In this document: piece by piece, positions 44,016-53,569 of the stretch
Layout of the letters: each line of letters starts with the position of its first letter
How positions within the stretch are numbered: position 1 is the first letter of the stretch
Assembly: GCA_041482895.1 (NCBI GenBank)
Contig: JBGPEO010000001.1
Location: forward strand, 1-57,941
DNA: 57,941 bases
Source: Candidatus Dormibacteraceae bacterium
GTDB lineage: Bacteria > Chloroflexota > Dormibacteria > Dormibacterales > Dormibacteraceae
Direction of reading: 5' to 3'
The notes under the pieces: model-generated
The model's input: the letters and a program-made list of their open reading frames with translations, nothing else
The model's database searches: none
Told to the model about the DNA's origin: nothing
Made by a program: the position numbers and the translations under genes

Positions 44016-44924
44016 ATGACCAAGATCGGCATCATGATCGAGGGGCAGGAGGGCCTCAACTGGGACAGGTGGCGCCGGATCTGCCACGACGCCGACACCC
44101 TTGGCTTCGACTCGCTCCGCCGCAGCGACCACCTCATCTCGCTGATGAGCGCGCCGGAGCGCGACTGCATCGAAACGTGGGCCTCGCTCGCGGTCGCCGC
44201 CGAGTGGACGAAGCGGATCCAGTTCGGTCCGATGGTGAGCCCGATGACCTTTCGGCTGCCGGCCATCCTGGCCAAGATGGCGGCCTCGGTGGACGCGCTC
44301 TCCGGCGGCCGCGTGATCCTCGGGGTCGGCGCCGGATGGAACGAGAACGAGCACAGAGTGTTCGGGATCCCTTTTTACACAGAGAAAGAGAGATTCGACC
44401 ATCTCGAGACCGGCATCCGGACGATGCGCGAGACATGGAACAAGTCGAACCCGAAGCCGGTCCACAACCCGATGCCCCTCCTTCTGGGCGGCAAGGGTAG
44501 GAAGCGGACCATCCCCCTGGTGGCGCGGGAGGCATCCGAATGGAACGTGTCGCGGCTAGACGTGGATCTCTACAGGGAGGCCAGCGCAGACCTCGAGGCG
44601 TCGTGTCGTGAGATCGGTCGCGATCCCAAGACGATCCGCCACTCGGTGATGACGAGCTACATCATCGGGCGCGACAAATCAGAGTTGCGCGAGCGTGCCG
44701 CCCAGGTTTCGAAGATCGTCGGCGGCCTGGGCGGAATGAGTCCTGACGAGGTGATCGAAAACCGCAAGCACGCCTGGTTCGTAGGAACCCCTGAGGAGAT
44801 CGCTGAGAGGATGCGGGGAGTCGCGGCGCTCGGGGTGGACCTGTTCATGCTTCAGCACTTCCTGCTCGATGACTCCGACGCTTTGAAGCTCCTGGCCTCC
44901 GACGTGATCCCGGCGGTCGGGTAG
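44016..44924 (+). CDS. LLM-class (F420-dependent-type) oxidoreductase
   Basis: Inner part of ORF 43785..44924 from MTKIGIMIEGQEGLNWDRW. It has GFDSLRRSDH and GRVILGVGAGWNENEH. Confidence 0.85.
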   Translation: MTKIGIMIEGQEGLNWDRWRRICHDADTLGFDSLRRSDHLISLMSAPERDCIETWASLAVAAEWTKRIQFGPMVSPMTFRLPAILAKMAASVDALSGGRVILGVGAGWNENEHRVFGIPFYTEKERFDHLETGIRTMRETWNKSNPKPVHNPMPLLLGGKGRKRTIPLVAREASEWNVSRLDVDLYREASADLEASCREIGRDPKTIRHSVMTSYIIGRDKSELRERAAQVSKIVGGLGGMSPDEVIENRKHAWFVGTPEEIAERMRGVAALGVDLFMLQHFLLDDSDALKLLASDVIPAVG

Positions 44925-44951
44925 CCAGCGCGACAGGTCAGAATTAGGCTC

Positions 44952-46103
44952 ATGGACTTCGACCTCAGCGAGTCCGAGAAGGCGTTTCGCGACGAAGTCA
45001 GGGCCTGGCTGAAAGCCAACGTCCCAAGGAAGGGCGGCCAGCCGAACGAGTCAGACATGAAGTCTTTCGTCGAGAGCCGGCGCGCCTGGCAGAAGAAGCT
45101 ATACGAGGCCGGCTATGTCGGCATCACCTGGCCAAAGGAGTACGGCGGGCGCGGCGAGGGCTTCATGCAGCAGCTGATCTTCAACGACGAGATGATCCAG
45201 GCCCAGGCGCCGGAGCCGATCAACGTGATCGGGCTCGGAATGGGCGGCCCAGTCGTCATCTCTCATGGCACCGAAGAGCAGAAGAAGCGATACCTGGCGC
45301 CACTTCTCTCCGCAGAGGAGATCTGGTGCCAGGCGTTCAGCGAGCCGAACGCCGGCAGTGACCTGTCGGGCTTGCAAACGCGCGCCGAGGACAAGGGCGA
45401 TCACTACGTGGTCAACGGACAGAAGGTCTGGACCACGCTTGCCCACGTCGCGAAGTGGTGCATGTTGGTCACGCGCGAGCGCAAGGAGGCCAACCCCCGC
45501 GACGGCCTCACCTACCTGCTCGTTGATATGGAAAGCCCTGGCGTCGAGGTGCGTCCGCTCGTCCAGATCACCGGCGATGCGGAGTTCAACGAGATCTTCT
45601 TCAAGGACGTCAAGGTTCCGAAGTCACAGATCCTCGGCGAGGCCGGAAACGGCTGGGCCGTCGCCATGACGACCCTGCTGCACGAACGCGGCACGCTGGG
45701 AATGGCTCTCGCCACCAGGGCGCAAATCACCGCAGCAGAGCTTGCGGAGCACGCGCGGAAGCTGGGCCGTGGCTCGGACCCGCTCGTTCGCCAGAAGGTC
45801 GCTCAGCACACGATCGAGGCACGGGCGCTGCAGCTCAACGGCTACCGCGCCGTGACGGCAGTGAAGCGAAGCGGGATCCCGGGACCCGAGGGGTCGATTC
45901 TCAAGCTCATGTGGTCGGAGCTCAATCAGCGGATGACCGAAACGGCCGTCGACATGGCTGGACCGGCCGGGCAGGTGGGCGATGGCGACGGATGGCTGTA
46001 CCAGTTCCTGCGCTCGAGGGCGAACACGATCGAGGCCGGCACATCAGAGGTACTGCGCAACATCCTGGCTGAGAGGGTCCTGGGCCTACCGCGCAGCCGC
46101 TAA
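44952..46103 (+). CDS. Acyl-CoA dehydrogenase
   Basis: 383 aa with WCQAFSEPNAGSDL, GQKVWTT and a C-terminal TIEAGTSEVLRNILAERVLGLP. Confidence 0.9.
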   Translation: MDFDLSESEKAFRDEVRAWLKANVPRKGGQPNESDMKSFVESRRAWQKKLYEAGYVGITWPKEYGGRGEGFMQQLIFNDEMIQAQAPEPINVIGLGMGGPVVISHGTEEQKKRYLAPLLSAEEIWCQAFSEPNAGSDLSGLQTRAEDKGDHYVVNGQKVWTTLAHVAKWCMLVTRERKEANPRDGLTYLLVDMESPGVEVRPLVQITGDAEFNEIFFKDVKVPKSQILGEAGNGWAVAMTTLLHERGTLGMALATRAQITAAELAEHARKLGRGSDPLVRQKVAQHTIEARALQLNGYRAVTAVKRSGIPGPEGSILKLMWSELNQRMTETAVDMAGPAGQVGDGDGWLYQFLRSRANTIEAGTSEVLRNILAERVLGLPRSR

Positions 46104-46141
46104 CCGCCGATGGAAGCTTTCGTCTTACTGAATAGTTTAGT

Positions 46142-46151
46142 GTTTCGAAAC
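46142..46151. promoter_or_regulatory. Perfect 10-bp palindrome in an AT-rich patch at the MarR start (candidate MarR operator)
   Basis: GTTTCGAAAC ends 1 nt before the MarR ATG (46153). It sits in the locally AT-rich sequence TCTTACTGAATAGTTTAGTGTTTCGAAACTATGTTTCAAT, which stands out in this high-GC window. Confidence 0.35.
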
Positions 46152-46152
46152 T

Positions 46153-46611
46153 ATGTTTCAATCCTCAACCGAAGACGCTCTCGCGGCCTACAAGACGTTA
46201 CACCGCGCACTCCTGACGTCCACCGCGAGCAAATGGCGTGACCTCGACCTCTCCATGCAGCAGCTGCGCGCGATGTACTTCCTTCGAGACGAGGAGGACG
46301 TGTCGGTGGGACGGCTGGCGGAGCTGTTCGGAATCGGCCTTCCCGCGGCCAGCCTGCTCGCGGACCGCCTCGTGCGATCTGGTTATGTCGAGCGCCGGGA
46401 CGACCCGGCGGATCGCCGGCGCGTGCTGCTCAGCCTGACGAAGGTCGGGCTCCGCCTGGTGACCGACCTCCGCGAGGGCAGCCACTCGCTCCTGCGACGC
46501 TGGATGTCATCGCTTTCGCCAGAGGACCTGGCGGCTCTGACTCGCGGTTGGCGTGCGCTCGCCGACGTCGCATCGCATCACGGCCACTTGTTGGAGCACA
46601 GCGCCCTATGA
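46153..46611 (+). CDS. MarR-family transcriptional regulator
   Basis: LSMQQLRAMYFL...VSVGRLAELFGIGLPAASLLADRLVRSGYVERRDDPADRRRVLLSLT matches the MarR wHTH. Confidence 0.85.
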   Translation: MFQSSTEDALAAYKTLHRALLTSTASKWRDLDLSMQQLRAMYFLRDEEDVSVGRLAELFGIGLPAASLLADRLVRSGYVERRDDPADRRRVLLSLTKVGLRLVTDLREGSHSLLRRWMSSLSPEDLAALTRGWRALADVASHHGHLLEHSAL

Positions 46612-48188
46612 CCGCAGTCGCCGCTCGCGAGACAACCGCAGCCACTGAGAAGAAGGGCATCGATCGCGGCGTCCTGGCCGTCTTCGCGGGCCTGATGCTT
46701 GGCTCGCTCGTCGCGTCGTTGAACATGACCCTGGTCGCGCCGGCGCTGCCCACGATCGTCGCGGAGCTCGGCGGAATCGCCGATTACAGCTGGATACCGA
46801 TCTCGGCGATGCTCGCGTCCACGATCGTCGTGCCTGTCGCCGGGAAGCTGTCCGACATCTACGGCCGCAAGCCTCTCTACATGACCGGCATCGTCGTGTT
46901 CGCCGTCGGCTCGGCATTGTCCGGCGTGGCGCCGAACTTCTGGTTCCTGGTTTTCGCGCGCTTCGTGCAGGGCGCCGGGATGGGCTTCATCATGCCGCTG
47001 TCGCAGGCCATCATCGGCGACATCATCTCGCCGCGCGAGCGCGGCAAGTACCAGGGGATGATGGGCGCCTCCTTCGGCCTCGCCTCGATCATCGGCCCGG
47101 CCGCGGGCGGCTACATCACCCAGAATTTCAGCTGGCGCTGGCTCTTCTTCATCAACATCCCGTTCGCGATCCTCACGCTCCTCGTGGTCGCCCTCTACAT
47201 GCACGTCCCCAACGAGCGCCGCAAGCACGCGATCGACGTGTGGGGCAGCATCACGCTTTCGAGCGGCATCACGTGCGCCCTGCTCGCGACCGTCTGGGGC
47301 GGAGGTCAGTACCCGTGGTACTCGTGGCAGATCATCGGCCTCTATTCAGCCGCCGCGGTCCTCCTCGCCTCTTTCGTGTGGGTCGAGACGCGCGCGGCGG
47401 AGCCGGTCCTGCCTCTGCGCCTGTGGAAGAGCGGCATCTTCACCTTTTCCAACATCGCGGGCGCGGGCGTCGCAATGTCCATGTTCGGGGCGATCTTCTT
47501 CCTACCGGTTTTCGTCCAGGGCGTGATCGGCAACAGCGTCACCAACTCCGGCGCGATCCTCGTCCCGATGCTGGTGGCGATGATCGTGACCAGCATCGGA
47601 AGCGGCCAGTTCATATCGCGGACCGGGCGTTACAAGATGCCGCTGCTCGTTGGGCTGGTCTTCATGGGCGCCGGCTTCTACATGCTCTCGACGTTCGACG
47701 TCCACACGACCAACCAGACGGCGATCGAAGCGATGATCCTGATCGGTCTCGGCCTCGGCGTCTCGATGCAGACCTACACGCTGGTCGTGCAGAACTCTGT
47801 GAGCCGGCAGGACATGGCCGTTGCGACTTCCGCCACCCAGCTCTCACGCTCGATCGGAGCGGCGGTCGGACTTGCTGTTCTCGGCACGATCCTGACCTCG
47901 GGCATGGCATCGTCAATGGCCAAGTACATTCCAGCGTCAGCCCTCAAGCAGTTCCAGGCCGCCGGCGCATCGACCGCGGGGGCGGTTTTCGACCCGACCC
48001 AGCTGGCGCGCCTTCCGCCCGCGATCGCAGCGGGCATCAGGCACGGCCTGGCCGACGCCATTCACCCGGTTTTCATGGCGGGCCTTCCGATCATCGCCAT
48101 CGCATTCATCGCGACGCTCCTGATCAGAGAGGTCCCTCTGCGGCAGACCGCGCACGTGGCCGCCGGACGCACCCACCCCGGGGATTGA
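46608..48188 (+). CDS. MFS drug efflux transporter (DHA2/EmrB-QacA type, 14 TMS)
   Basis: ATG at 46608 overlaps the MarR stop (ATGA). It has LNMTLVAPALPTIV and GKLSDIYGRKPLY (motif A-like), with about 14 helices. Confidence 0.85.
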   Translation: MTAVAARETTAATEKKGIDRGVLAVFAGLMLGSLVASLNMTLVAPALPTIVAELGGIADYSWIPISAMLASTIVVPVAGKLSDIYGRKPLYMTGIVVFAVGSALSGVAPNFWFLVFARFVQGAGMGFIMPLSQAIIGDIISPRERGKYQGMMGASFGLASIIGPAAGGYITQNFSWRWLFFINIPFAILTLLVVALYMHVPNERRKHAIDVWGSITLSSGITCALLATVWGGGQYPWYSWQIIGLYSAAAVLLASFVWVETRAAEPVLPLRLWKSGIFTFSNIAGAGVAMSMFGAIFFLPVFVQGVIGNSVTNSGAILVPMLVAMIVTSIGSGQFISRTGRYKMPLLVGLVFMGAGFYMLSTFDVHTTNQTAIEAMILIGLGLGVSMQTYTLVVQNSVSRQDMAVATSATQLSRSIGAAVGLAVLGTILTSGMASSMAKYIPASALKQFQAAGASTAGAVFDPTQLARLPPAIAAGIRHGLADAIHPVFMAGLPIIAIAFIATLLIREVPLRQTAHVAAGRTHPGD

Positions 48189-48215
48189 CGCGCGCCGAAT
48201 AAACTAGGCCGCACC

Positions 48216-49022
48216 GTGACCAACTCGCCTACCTCCCCGACCGAGCAGCGCGTCGTGTGGGCTTTCTGGCTCGCGTGTGTGCTTGCCGTGCTCGCGGGAA
48301 TCGCTCCGTTCGTGTTTGGCGGCGGCTCGAGCCGGCTCGGCGGAGCCGTGTTCCCGTTCGCTCTTGCGGCGATCGCGCTCGGGGCGTGCGCCTTGCTCTA
48401 CACGCAGGGACGGCCGATCGCCACGACGCTGTACTTCCTGGCCAGCCTCGCGATCGTCTACGGCATCCTGGCCATGCTCGCCGTGCCGCTTCGGCTGGCG
48501 GTGCTGGGCACCTGCGCCCCAGAGCCCGCTCCGTGCGGAGCAGGGCTCGAAAGGCCGCTCATGGGTGCCGAGTCGACAGCGCTGGGCTTCGCCATCGGGA
48601 TCGGGATCGTCGCCATCCTCACCGGCTTCTTCGGCCTGGTCACGCTGTACCGCCGCCACGCGGCGCCCCCGCCACCTCCGACGCCCCCCACGCGCCGCAT
48701 CGCGCCGGTCGGAGACAAGGCGGCGCCCGCCGCGGCGGTCGGACCAGCCCCGTCTCAGCCGTCTCCGCCACCGCCGGCGGCAGAGCCTGAGCCCATCCCC
48801 GAGCCAGAGCCCGAGCTGCCGGCCCACGCTCCGGACCTCGAGCTTGCGGCCCCTGCCGAGATGCTGGATCTGCCGGCGGTGGGGACCGCAGACCCGCCGG
48901 TCGGGACCGAAAGCTCGTCGGAAACCGCGCCACCGGCGCCGCAGCCGAAGCCAAGGAAGCGCCGTGCGCCCAAGCCGCCGCCAGATGCCCCAGCCACACC
49001 GAGCACGGAGGCGCCCGCCTGA
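48216..49022 (+). CDS. Four-TM membrane protein with Pro-rich C-terminal tail (hypothetical)
   Basis: 268-aa ORF with a GTG start. Four hydrophobic helices are followed by PPPPPTPP...PEPEPELP low complexity. Its stop overlaps the next ATG. Confidence 0.5.
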   Translation: MTNSPTSPTEQRVVWAFWLACVLAVLAGIAPFVFGGGSSRLGGAVFPFALAAIALGACALLYTQGRPIATTLYFLASLAIVYGILAMLAVPLRLAVLGTCAPEPAPCGAGLERPLMGAESTALGFAIGIGIVAILTGFFGLVTLYRRHAAPPPPPTPPTRRIAPVGDKAAPAAAVGPAPSQPSPPPPAAEPEPIPEPEPELPAHAPDLELAAPAEMLDLPAVGTADPPVGTESSSETAPPAPQPKPRKRRAPKPPPDAPATPSTEAPA

Positions 49023-50152
49023 TGGATTTCGCCTTTTCCGAAGAACAGGAGATGCTCCGCCGCTCCGCGCGCGACTTCCTCGCCAAGGAGTGCAGCCCCA
49101 AAGTCGTGCGCAAGCTCATGGAGAGCCGCGACGCCTACGACCCTGATCTGTGGCGGAAGGTGGCGGACCTCGGCTGGACGGCGCTCGGCATTCCCGAGCA
49201 GTACGGCGGCGTGGGGACCTTCCTCGACCTCGTCGTGGTTCTCGAAGAAGCCGGCCGCGCGCTGCTCCCGGGACCGTTCTTCGCGACGATGGGCCTGGCG
49301 GTGCCGGCCCTACTCGAAGCAGGCACCGAAGCTCAGAAGAAGGAGGCGCTGGGCGCGATCGCGCAAGGCTCGGCGCGGGCGACCCTTGCCTTCACCGAAC
49401 CGGCTGGCAGATGGGATGCGGCGTCTGTGACTCTGAGCGCCAAACCGAGCGGGGGCGGCTGGCAGCTGGATGGCGTGAAGCTGTTCGTGCCCGACGCCGA
49501 GGCAGCCGATTACATGGTGGTCGCGGCCCGCACCCGCGGCGAAGGCGAGGACGGCATCTCCCTCTTTCTGGTCAAGGGCCGGCCCGCCGGCATGAAGGTC
49601 ACATCGCTCAAGACCCTCGACATGACGCGGCGCTGGAGCGAGGTCCGCTTCGACGGAGTGAAGCTGGACGGCGGCTCGATCATGGGTCAGGCCCACAACG
49701 CATGGCCGCATCTGAAGCGAGCGCTGGATTGGGGAACCGCGGCGCTGTGCGCCGAGATGATCGGGGGCGCCCAGAAGGTGCTCGAGACCTCGACCGAGTA
49801 CGCGAAGACGCGCCACCAGTTCGGCAAGCCGATCGGCATTTACCAGGCGGTCTCGCACAAGCTCGCCGACATGCTGGTGCTGTCGGAAAGCGGCCGGTCC
49901 GCGACCTACTACGCGGCCTGGGCGGTCGACGCCGACGCGCCCGACCGATCGCTCGCGTCGTCGATGGCGAAGGCCTATGTCTCCGACGCGTATCGCAAGG
50001 TCGCCGGCGACGGAATCCAGGTGCACGGTGGCATCGGGTTCACCTGGGAGCACGACATGCACCTGTACTTCAAGCGCGCCAAGTCCTCAGAGGTGACGCT
50101 CGGCGACGCGACGTACCACCGGGAGCTGGTCGCACAGTCGCTGGATCTCTAA
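49022..50152 (+). CDS. Acyl-CoA dehydrogenase
   Basis: 376 aa with MDFAFSEEQEMLRRSARDFL, QFGKPIGIYQAVSHKLADM and QVHGGIGFTWEHDMHLYFKRA. Confidence 0.9.
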   Translation: MDFAFSEEQEMLRRSARDFLAKECSPKVVRKLMESRDAYDPDLWRKVADLGWTALGIPEQYGGVGTFLDLVVVLEEAGRALLPGPFFATMGLAVPALLEAGTEAQKKEALGAIAQGSARATLAFTEPAGRWDAASVTLSAKPSGGGWQLDGVKLFVPDAEAADYMVVAARTRGEGEDGISLFLVKGRPAGMKVTSLKTLDMTRRWSEVRFDGVKLDGGSIMGQAHNAWPHLKRALDWGTAALCAEMIGGAQKVLETSTEYAKTRHQFGKPIGIYQAVSHKLADMLVLSESGRSATYYAAWAVDADAPDRSLASSMAKAYVSDAYRKVAGDGIQVHGGIGFTWEHDMHLYFKRAKSSEVTLGDATYHRELVAQSLDL

Positions 50153-50160
50153 GCCGACTC

Positions 50161-50483
50161 ATGCCGTGGGTGCCCCTCGGCGCCGCCATCGCCACTGAGG
50201 TCGCACTCTCGCCCTTCGCGCCTCGAACGGGCTCACCCGGCTGGTGCCTTCGATCATCGTGGCCGTCGGATACCTCGCGAGCTTCGGACTGCTCGCGCTC
50301 GTACATGAAATCGCTCCCGGTCGGCATCGTCTGTGCCATCTGGGCCGCGGTCGGAGTCGCGCTCGTCGCCATCCTCGGCAAGATCATGTTCAACGATCCA
50401 GTGCCCCGGTCGCGATCATAGGAATGGTCTTGATCGTCGCCGGCGTGGTGCTGGTCAGCCTGTCAGGGGCGACCAGCCACTAA
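50161..50483 (+). pseudogene. SMR (EmrE-like) small multidrug resistance gene disrupted by three frameshifts
   Basis: EmrE-collinear segments alternate between two frames. MPWVPLGAAIATEV is in frame 1, TLALRASNGLTRLVPSIIVAVGYLASFGLLALV in frame 3, KSLPVGIVCAIWAAVGVALVAILGKIMFNDPV in frame 1, and PVAIIGMVLIVAGVVLVSLSG in frame 3. The shifts lie near 50200-50204, 50301-50308 and 50404-50407. Confidence 0.7.
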
Positions 50484-52867
50484 CCCGCCGCGAGGAGGCG
50501 GAAGACCACCAGGCCGAACAGCGCGCACGCGGGGATGACGAGGCCTCGAAACAGCGTCCAGTAGCCCGACCATGCTTCGCGGAGGCGATCCAGCCTCCTC
50601 CCCGAGCCGAACACCAGTGACCAGTAGATCGGCAGGGCCGCGCCTGTGTTGACGGCGAGCGCGAGCAGGGCGATGCCCCCCGCGCCGGCGAGCCAGGGCT
50701 CCAGCGGGGCGGCCGCCCCAAAGCCCGCCTGCGTGCCCCAGAGCGCACCGGCTCCGATCAATCCGAGCAGCGCGGGCAGGCCGAGCAGGAAGAACGCGGA
50801 AAACGAAACGATCACCATCACCAGCATCAGCGCGAGGGTGGCGACGAGGCCCGCGAGCGCGGCCGCCGCCACCGTGATCCCGCTGGCCGGCGAGGCGCCT
50901 GTGCGGGCAGGCGCGGCCGACGCGGGCGCCGGGTCGGCCGGTGACGACCCCGTGACCGCGGCCTGGACGTCTTGCCACGAGTGCCAATGCGCGCTTGCCG
51001 TGATCGCGCCGGCGACGCCCGCGGAAGCCGCGGCGATGACCACTCCGGCGGCGATGGCGGCGGCGTTGCGGCGCAGCACGGCCATAGGGATCCAGATCCG
51101 GCGGCGGCGCAGACGTCCGAGGCCGGTTTCCATGAGCCGCTCCCGGTCGAAGGTCGTGCCGCAAAGGATCGTCAGCGCGAAACAGGCGGTGATCGGAAGC
51201 AGCAGCGACGCCAGGGCCAGCGGCGAGCGAAAGACGAAGAGGGCGAGCGGCAGGTCGGCGACCGCGGCCGAAACCGGCGAGAGCAGGAACGACCACGCGC
51301 CGCCGGCCGCCCCTTCGCGCGGAAACAGCATGAAGCCGAGCATCCTCCCCATCGCCGCCCAGTACGCCGTCACGGCAGCGACGAAGGCAAAGACAGGAAG
51401 CAGGTCCCACGGCGCAGGCTGGCCGAACAGGCTCAAGAAAGCCATGCCCGCGCCCATCCACAACGTCACCCAGACGGTGCTGACCACCGCGCCGGGCAGC
51501 ACCTCGAGCCAGATCAGCGAAGGGTCGTCAACCGGTGTGTAGAGAAGAACCTCGAGCGACCCCTGCGCTTTCTCCCACCAGATGCCGATCGAGCTCTTGA
51601 TCGATTCGAGCAGGGCGAACGACATGAAGAACAGAGGCAGCAGCAGCCCGGCCTGGAGCGCCGTTCCGCCGGCCAGGCGCTGTGCGACCTGACCGGCCGC
51701 ACCGGGCAGCTGTCCGAAGAGTGAAGTCGCGGCCACCAGTAGCAGCACGAAGGCGTTCAGGTACATGACCCAGCTCAGGTCTCCGCGTCGCCACCACGAG
51801 CTGACATAGAAGGGAAGCGCGTGCCGGAGCAGGTCCCACTGCGAGCGCAGCGATCCGAACATGCGCGCGGCCGGAATTCCCGAGACGAATTGCGTGGCAG
51901 GCGGCTGGACATCGGGCCGTGGCGCGAGCGGCTCCTCCATGGCGTTGATGTAGAGCGACTCGAGGCTCGTCTGCTCCTCCTTCAACTGATGGAACGGCGC
52001 CCCGTGGTCCGCGAGCCTGGTCTGCAGCTGCGCCGCGAAAGCCGCACGGTCGCGCGTGGTCGTATCCCACGGAAGTGAGTAGGTGAGGCGGTCGCCATCC
52101 AGCTGAGAGCTGAGGGCGTGGTCGCGAAGCCACCGTTCGAGCGGTTCGCGGTCGGACGGTGGCGCGGCGAGCTGAGCAACGAAGAGCCGTCCGGTCCCCG
52201 CCTTGCTGCGCAGCTCGTCGAGCGTGCCGTGCGTGACGATCAGGCCTTTGCGCATGATGGCGATCCGGTCCGCCATCAACTCAGCTTCGCTGAGCACGTG
52301 GGTCGTCACGATCAAAGCCGCGCCGCGAGCGCGCTGCTCGCCGAGGTAATGGCGCATGTCGGCGGCGGCGACTGGGTCGAGGCCGGCGGTGGGCTCGTCG
52401 CAGAAGATCCAGTCGGGCTCGTGCAGGGTTGCCCGTATCAGCGCCACCTTCTGCGCCATGCCGCGCGAGTAGGCGGCGAGCACGGTGTCCGCGCGGTCGG
52501 CCAGCTCGAATCGCTCGAGCAGGCTGGCGATCCGCGGGCGGCGAACCGCCTCGGGGACGCCGTACAGGTAGCCGAAATGGTCCAGGTACTCAGGCGCGGT
52601 GTTGCGGCCGTAAAGACGTGCCTGGTCGGGCACGACGCCGAGCCGCGCCCGGACCTCATCCAGCCGGTCCGGCAGCTTGAGCCCGTCGAGCTCGATCAGG
52701 CCTGAGTCGGGATGCAGGATGCCGCCGAGGCAGCGGAGGGTGGTCGACTTGCCGGCGCCGTTCTGCCCAAGCACGACCAGAAGCTCGCCGCTTTCGACGT
52801 GCAGGTCGACGCCATCGACAGCGCGTACTTCGCCGAAGCTCTTGCGCAGGCCCTCGACCAGGATCAC
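50480..52867 (-). CDS. Fused ABC transporter: N-terminal ATPase plus large C-terminal polytopic permease
   Basis: Walker A GQNGAGKST, signature YSRGMAQKV and Walker B IFCDEPTAGLD lie in the first 230 aa or so. A soluble linker and at least 10 hydrophobic helices follow. Length is 795 aa, with a GTG start. Confidence 0.8.
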   Translation of the reverse strand: MILVEGLRKSFGEVRAVDGVDLHVESGELLVVLGQNGAGKSTTLRCLGGILHPDSGLIELDGLKLPDRLDEVRARLGVVPDQARLYGRNTAPEYLDHFGYLYGVPEAVRRPRIASLLERFELADRADTVLAAYSRGMAQKVALIRATLHEPDWIFCDEPTAGLDPVAAADMRHYLGEQRARGAALIVTTHVLSEAELMADRIAIMRKGLIVTHGTLDELRSKAGTGRLFVAQLAAPPSDREPLERWLRDHALSSQLDGDRLTYSLPWDTTTRDRAAFAAQLQTRLADHGAPFHQLKEEQTSLESLYINAMEEPLAPRPDVQPPATQFVSGIPAARMFGSLRSQWDLLRHALPFYVSSWWRRGDLSWVMYLNAFVLLLVAATSLFGQLPGAAGQVAQRLAGGTALQAGLLLPLFFMSFALLESIKSSIGIWWEKAQGSLEVLLYTPVDDPSLIWLEVLPGAVVSTVWVTLWMGAGMAFLSLFGQPAPWDLLPVFAFVAAVTAYWAAMGRMLGFMLFPREGAAGGAWSFLLSPVSAAVADLPLALFVFRSPLALASLLLPITACFALTILCGTTFDRERLMETGLGRLRRRRIWIPMAVLRRNAAAIAAGVVIAAASAGVAGAITASAHWHSWQDVQAAVTGSSPADPAPASAAPARTGASPASGITVAAAALAGLVATLALMLVMVIVSFSAFFLLGLPALLGLIGAGALWGTQAGFGAAAPLEPWLAGAGGIALLALAVNTGAALPIYWSLVFGSGRRLDRLREAWSGYWTLFRGLVIPACALFGLVVFRLLAAG

Positions 52868-52953
52868 CGGAGGCTGGAGTCTACCGGTCTGCCGGCCGGT
52901 TTAGAGCCGCGTGCGCTGCGTGTCCTGACCCCTGACGACGGCGATCACCAGCT

Positions 52954-53556
52954 TCACGGCTTCGATTCGAGCAGCGGCGCCAGGCGGTCCCGGACCGCGA
53001 ACTGGATCTTTTCGCGCGATCCGGTTGCGTCGAGACGCACGAATCGCTCCGGCTCCGCTGCCGCCAGCCGGTCGTAGGCGGCGGCGACCTTCCGGTGAAA
53101 GTCGAGCGACTCCTGTTCCATGCGATCCGGCGCCTTGCCCGCCGCGACGTGGCGTTCCAGTCCGTTCTCGACCGGTCCCTCCAGGAGGAACGTGATGTTC
53201 GGCCGGGGAAAGGTCGACGGCCAGATCGCAGGCACGCCTCGGGCGCCGCCCTGGTAAGCCAGCGTCGAGTCGTGATACCGATCGGCGAGCACGATCTGAC
53301 CCGCCGCCAATGCGGGCGCGATCACCTCGGCAATCAGCTGCCGGCGCCCGGCCATGAAGAGGTACATCTCCGCCTCCGCGTCGATGTCGAGGCCCGCATA
53401 AAGCACAACCTCGCGCACGCGCTCACCGAGCTCTGTGCCGCCAGGCTCCCGGACGACGACGGGGTTGCGTGACGACAGCCACTCGCCCAGCATTTCGACC
53501 TGGGTTGTCTTGCCGGAACCCTCCGTGCCCTCGAAGGTTATGAAGAGGCCAGGCAT
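52954..53556 (-). CDS. tmk: Thymidylate kinase
   Basis: FITFEGTEGSGKTTQ (P-loop), REPGGT and DRYHDSTLAYQG. Confidence 0.9.
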   Translation of the reverse strand: MPGLFITFEGTEGSGKTTQVEMLGEWLSSRNPVVVREPGGTELGERVREVVLYAGLDIDAEAEMYLFMAGRRQLIAEVIAPALAAGQIVLADRYHDSTLAYQGGARGVPAIWPSTFPRPNITFLLEGPVENGLERHVAAGKAPDRMEQESLDFHRKVAAAYDRLAAAEPERFVRLDATGSREKIQFAVRDRLAPLLESKP

Positions 53557-53569
53557 GTGCCGGGACAGT

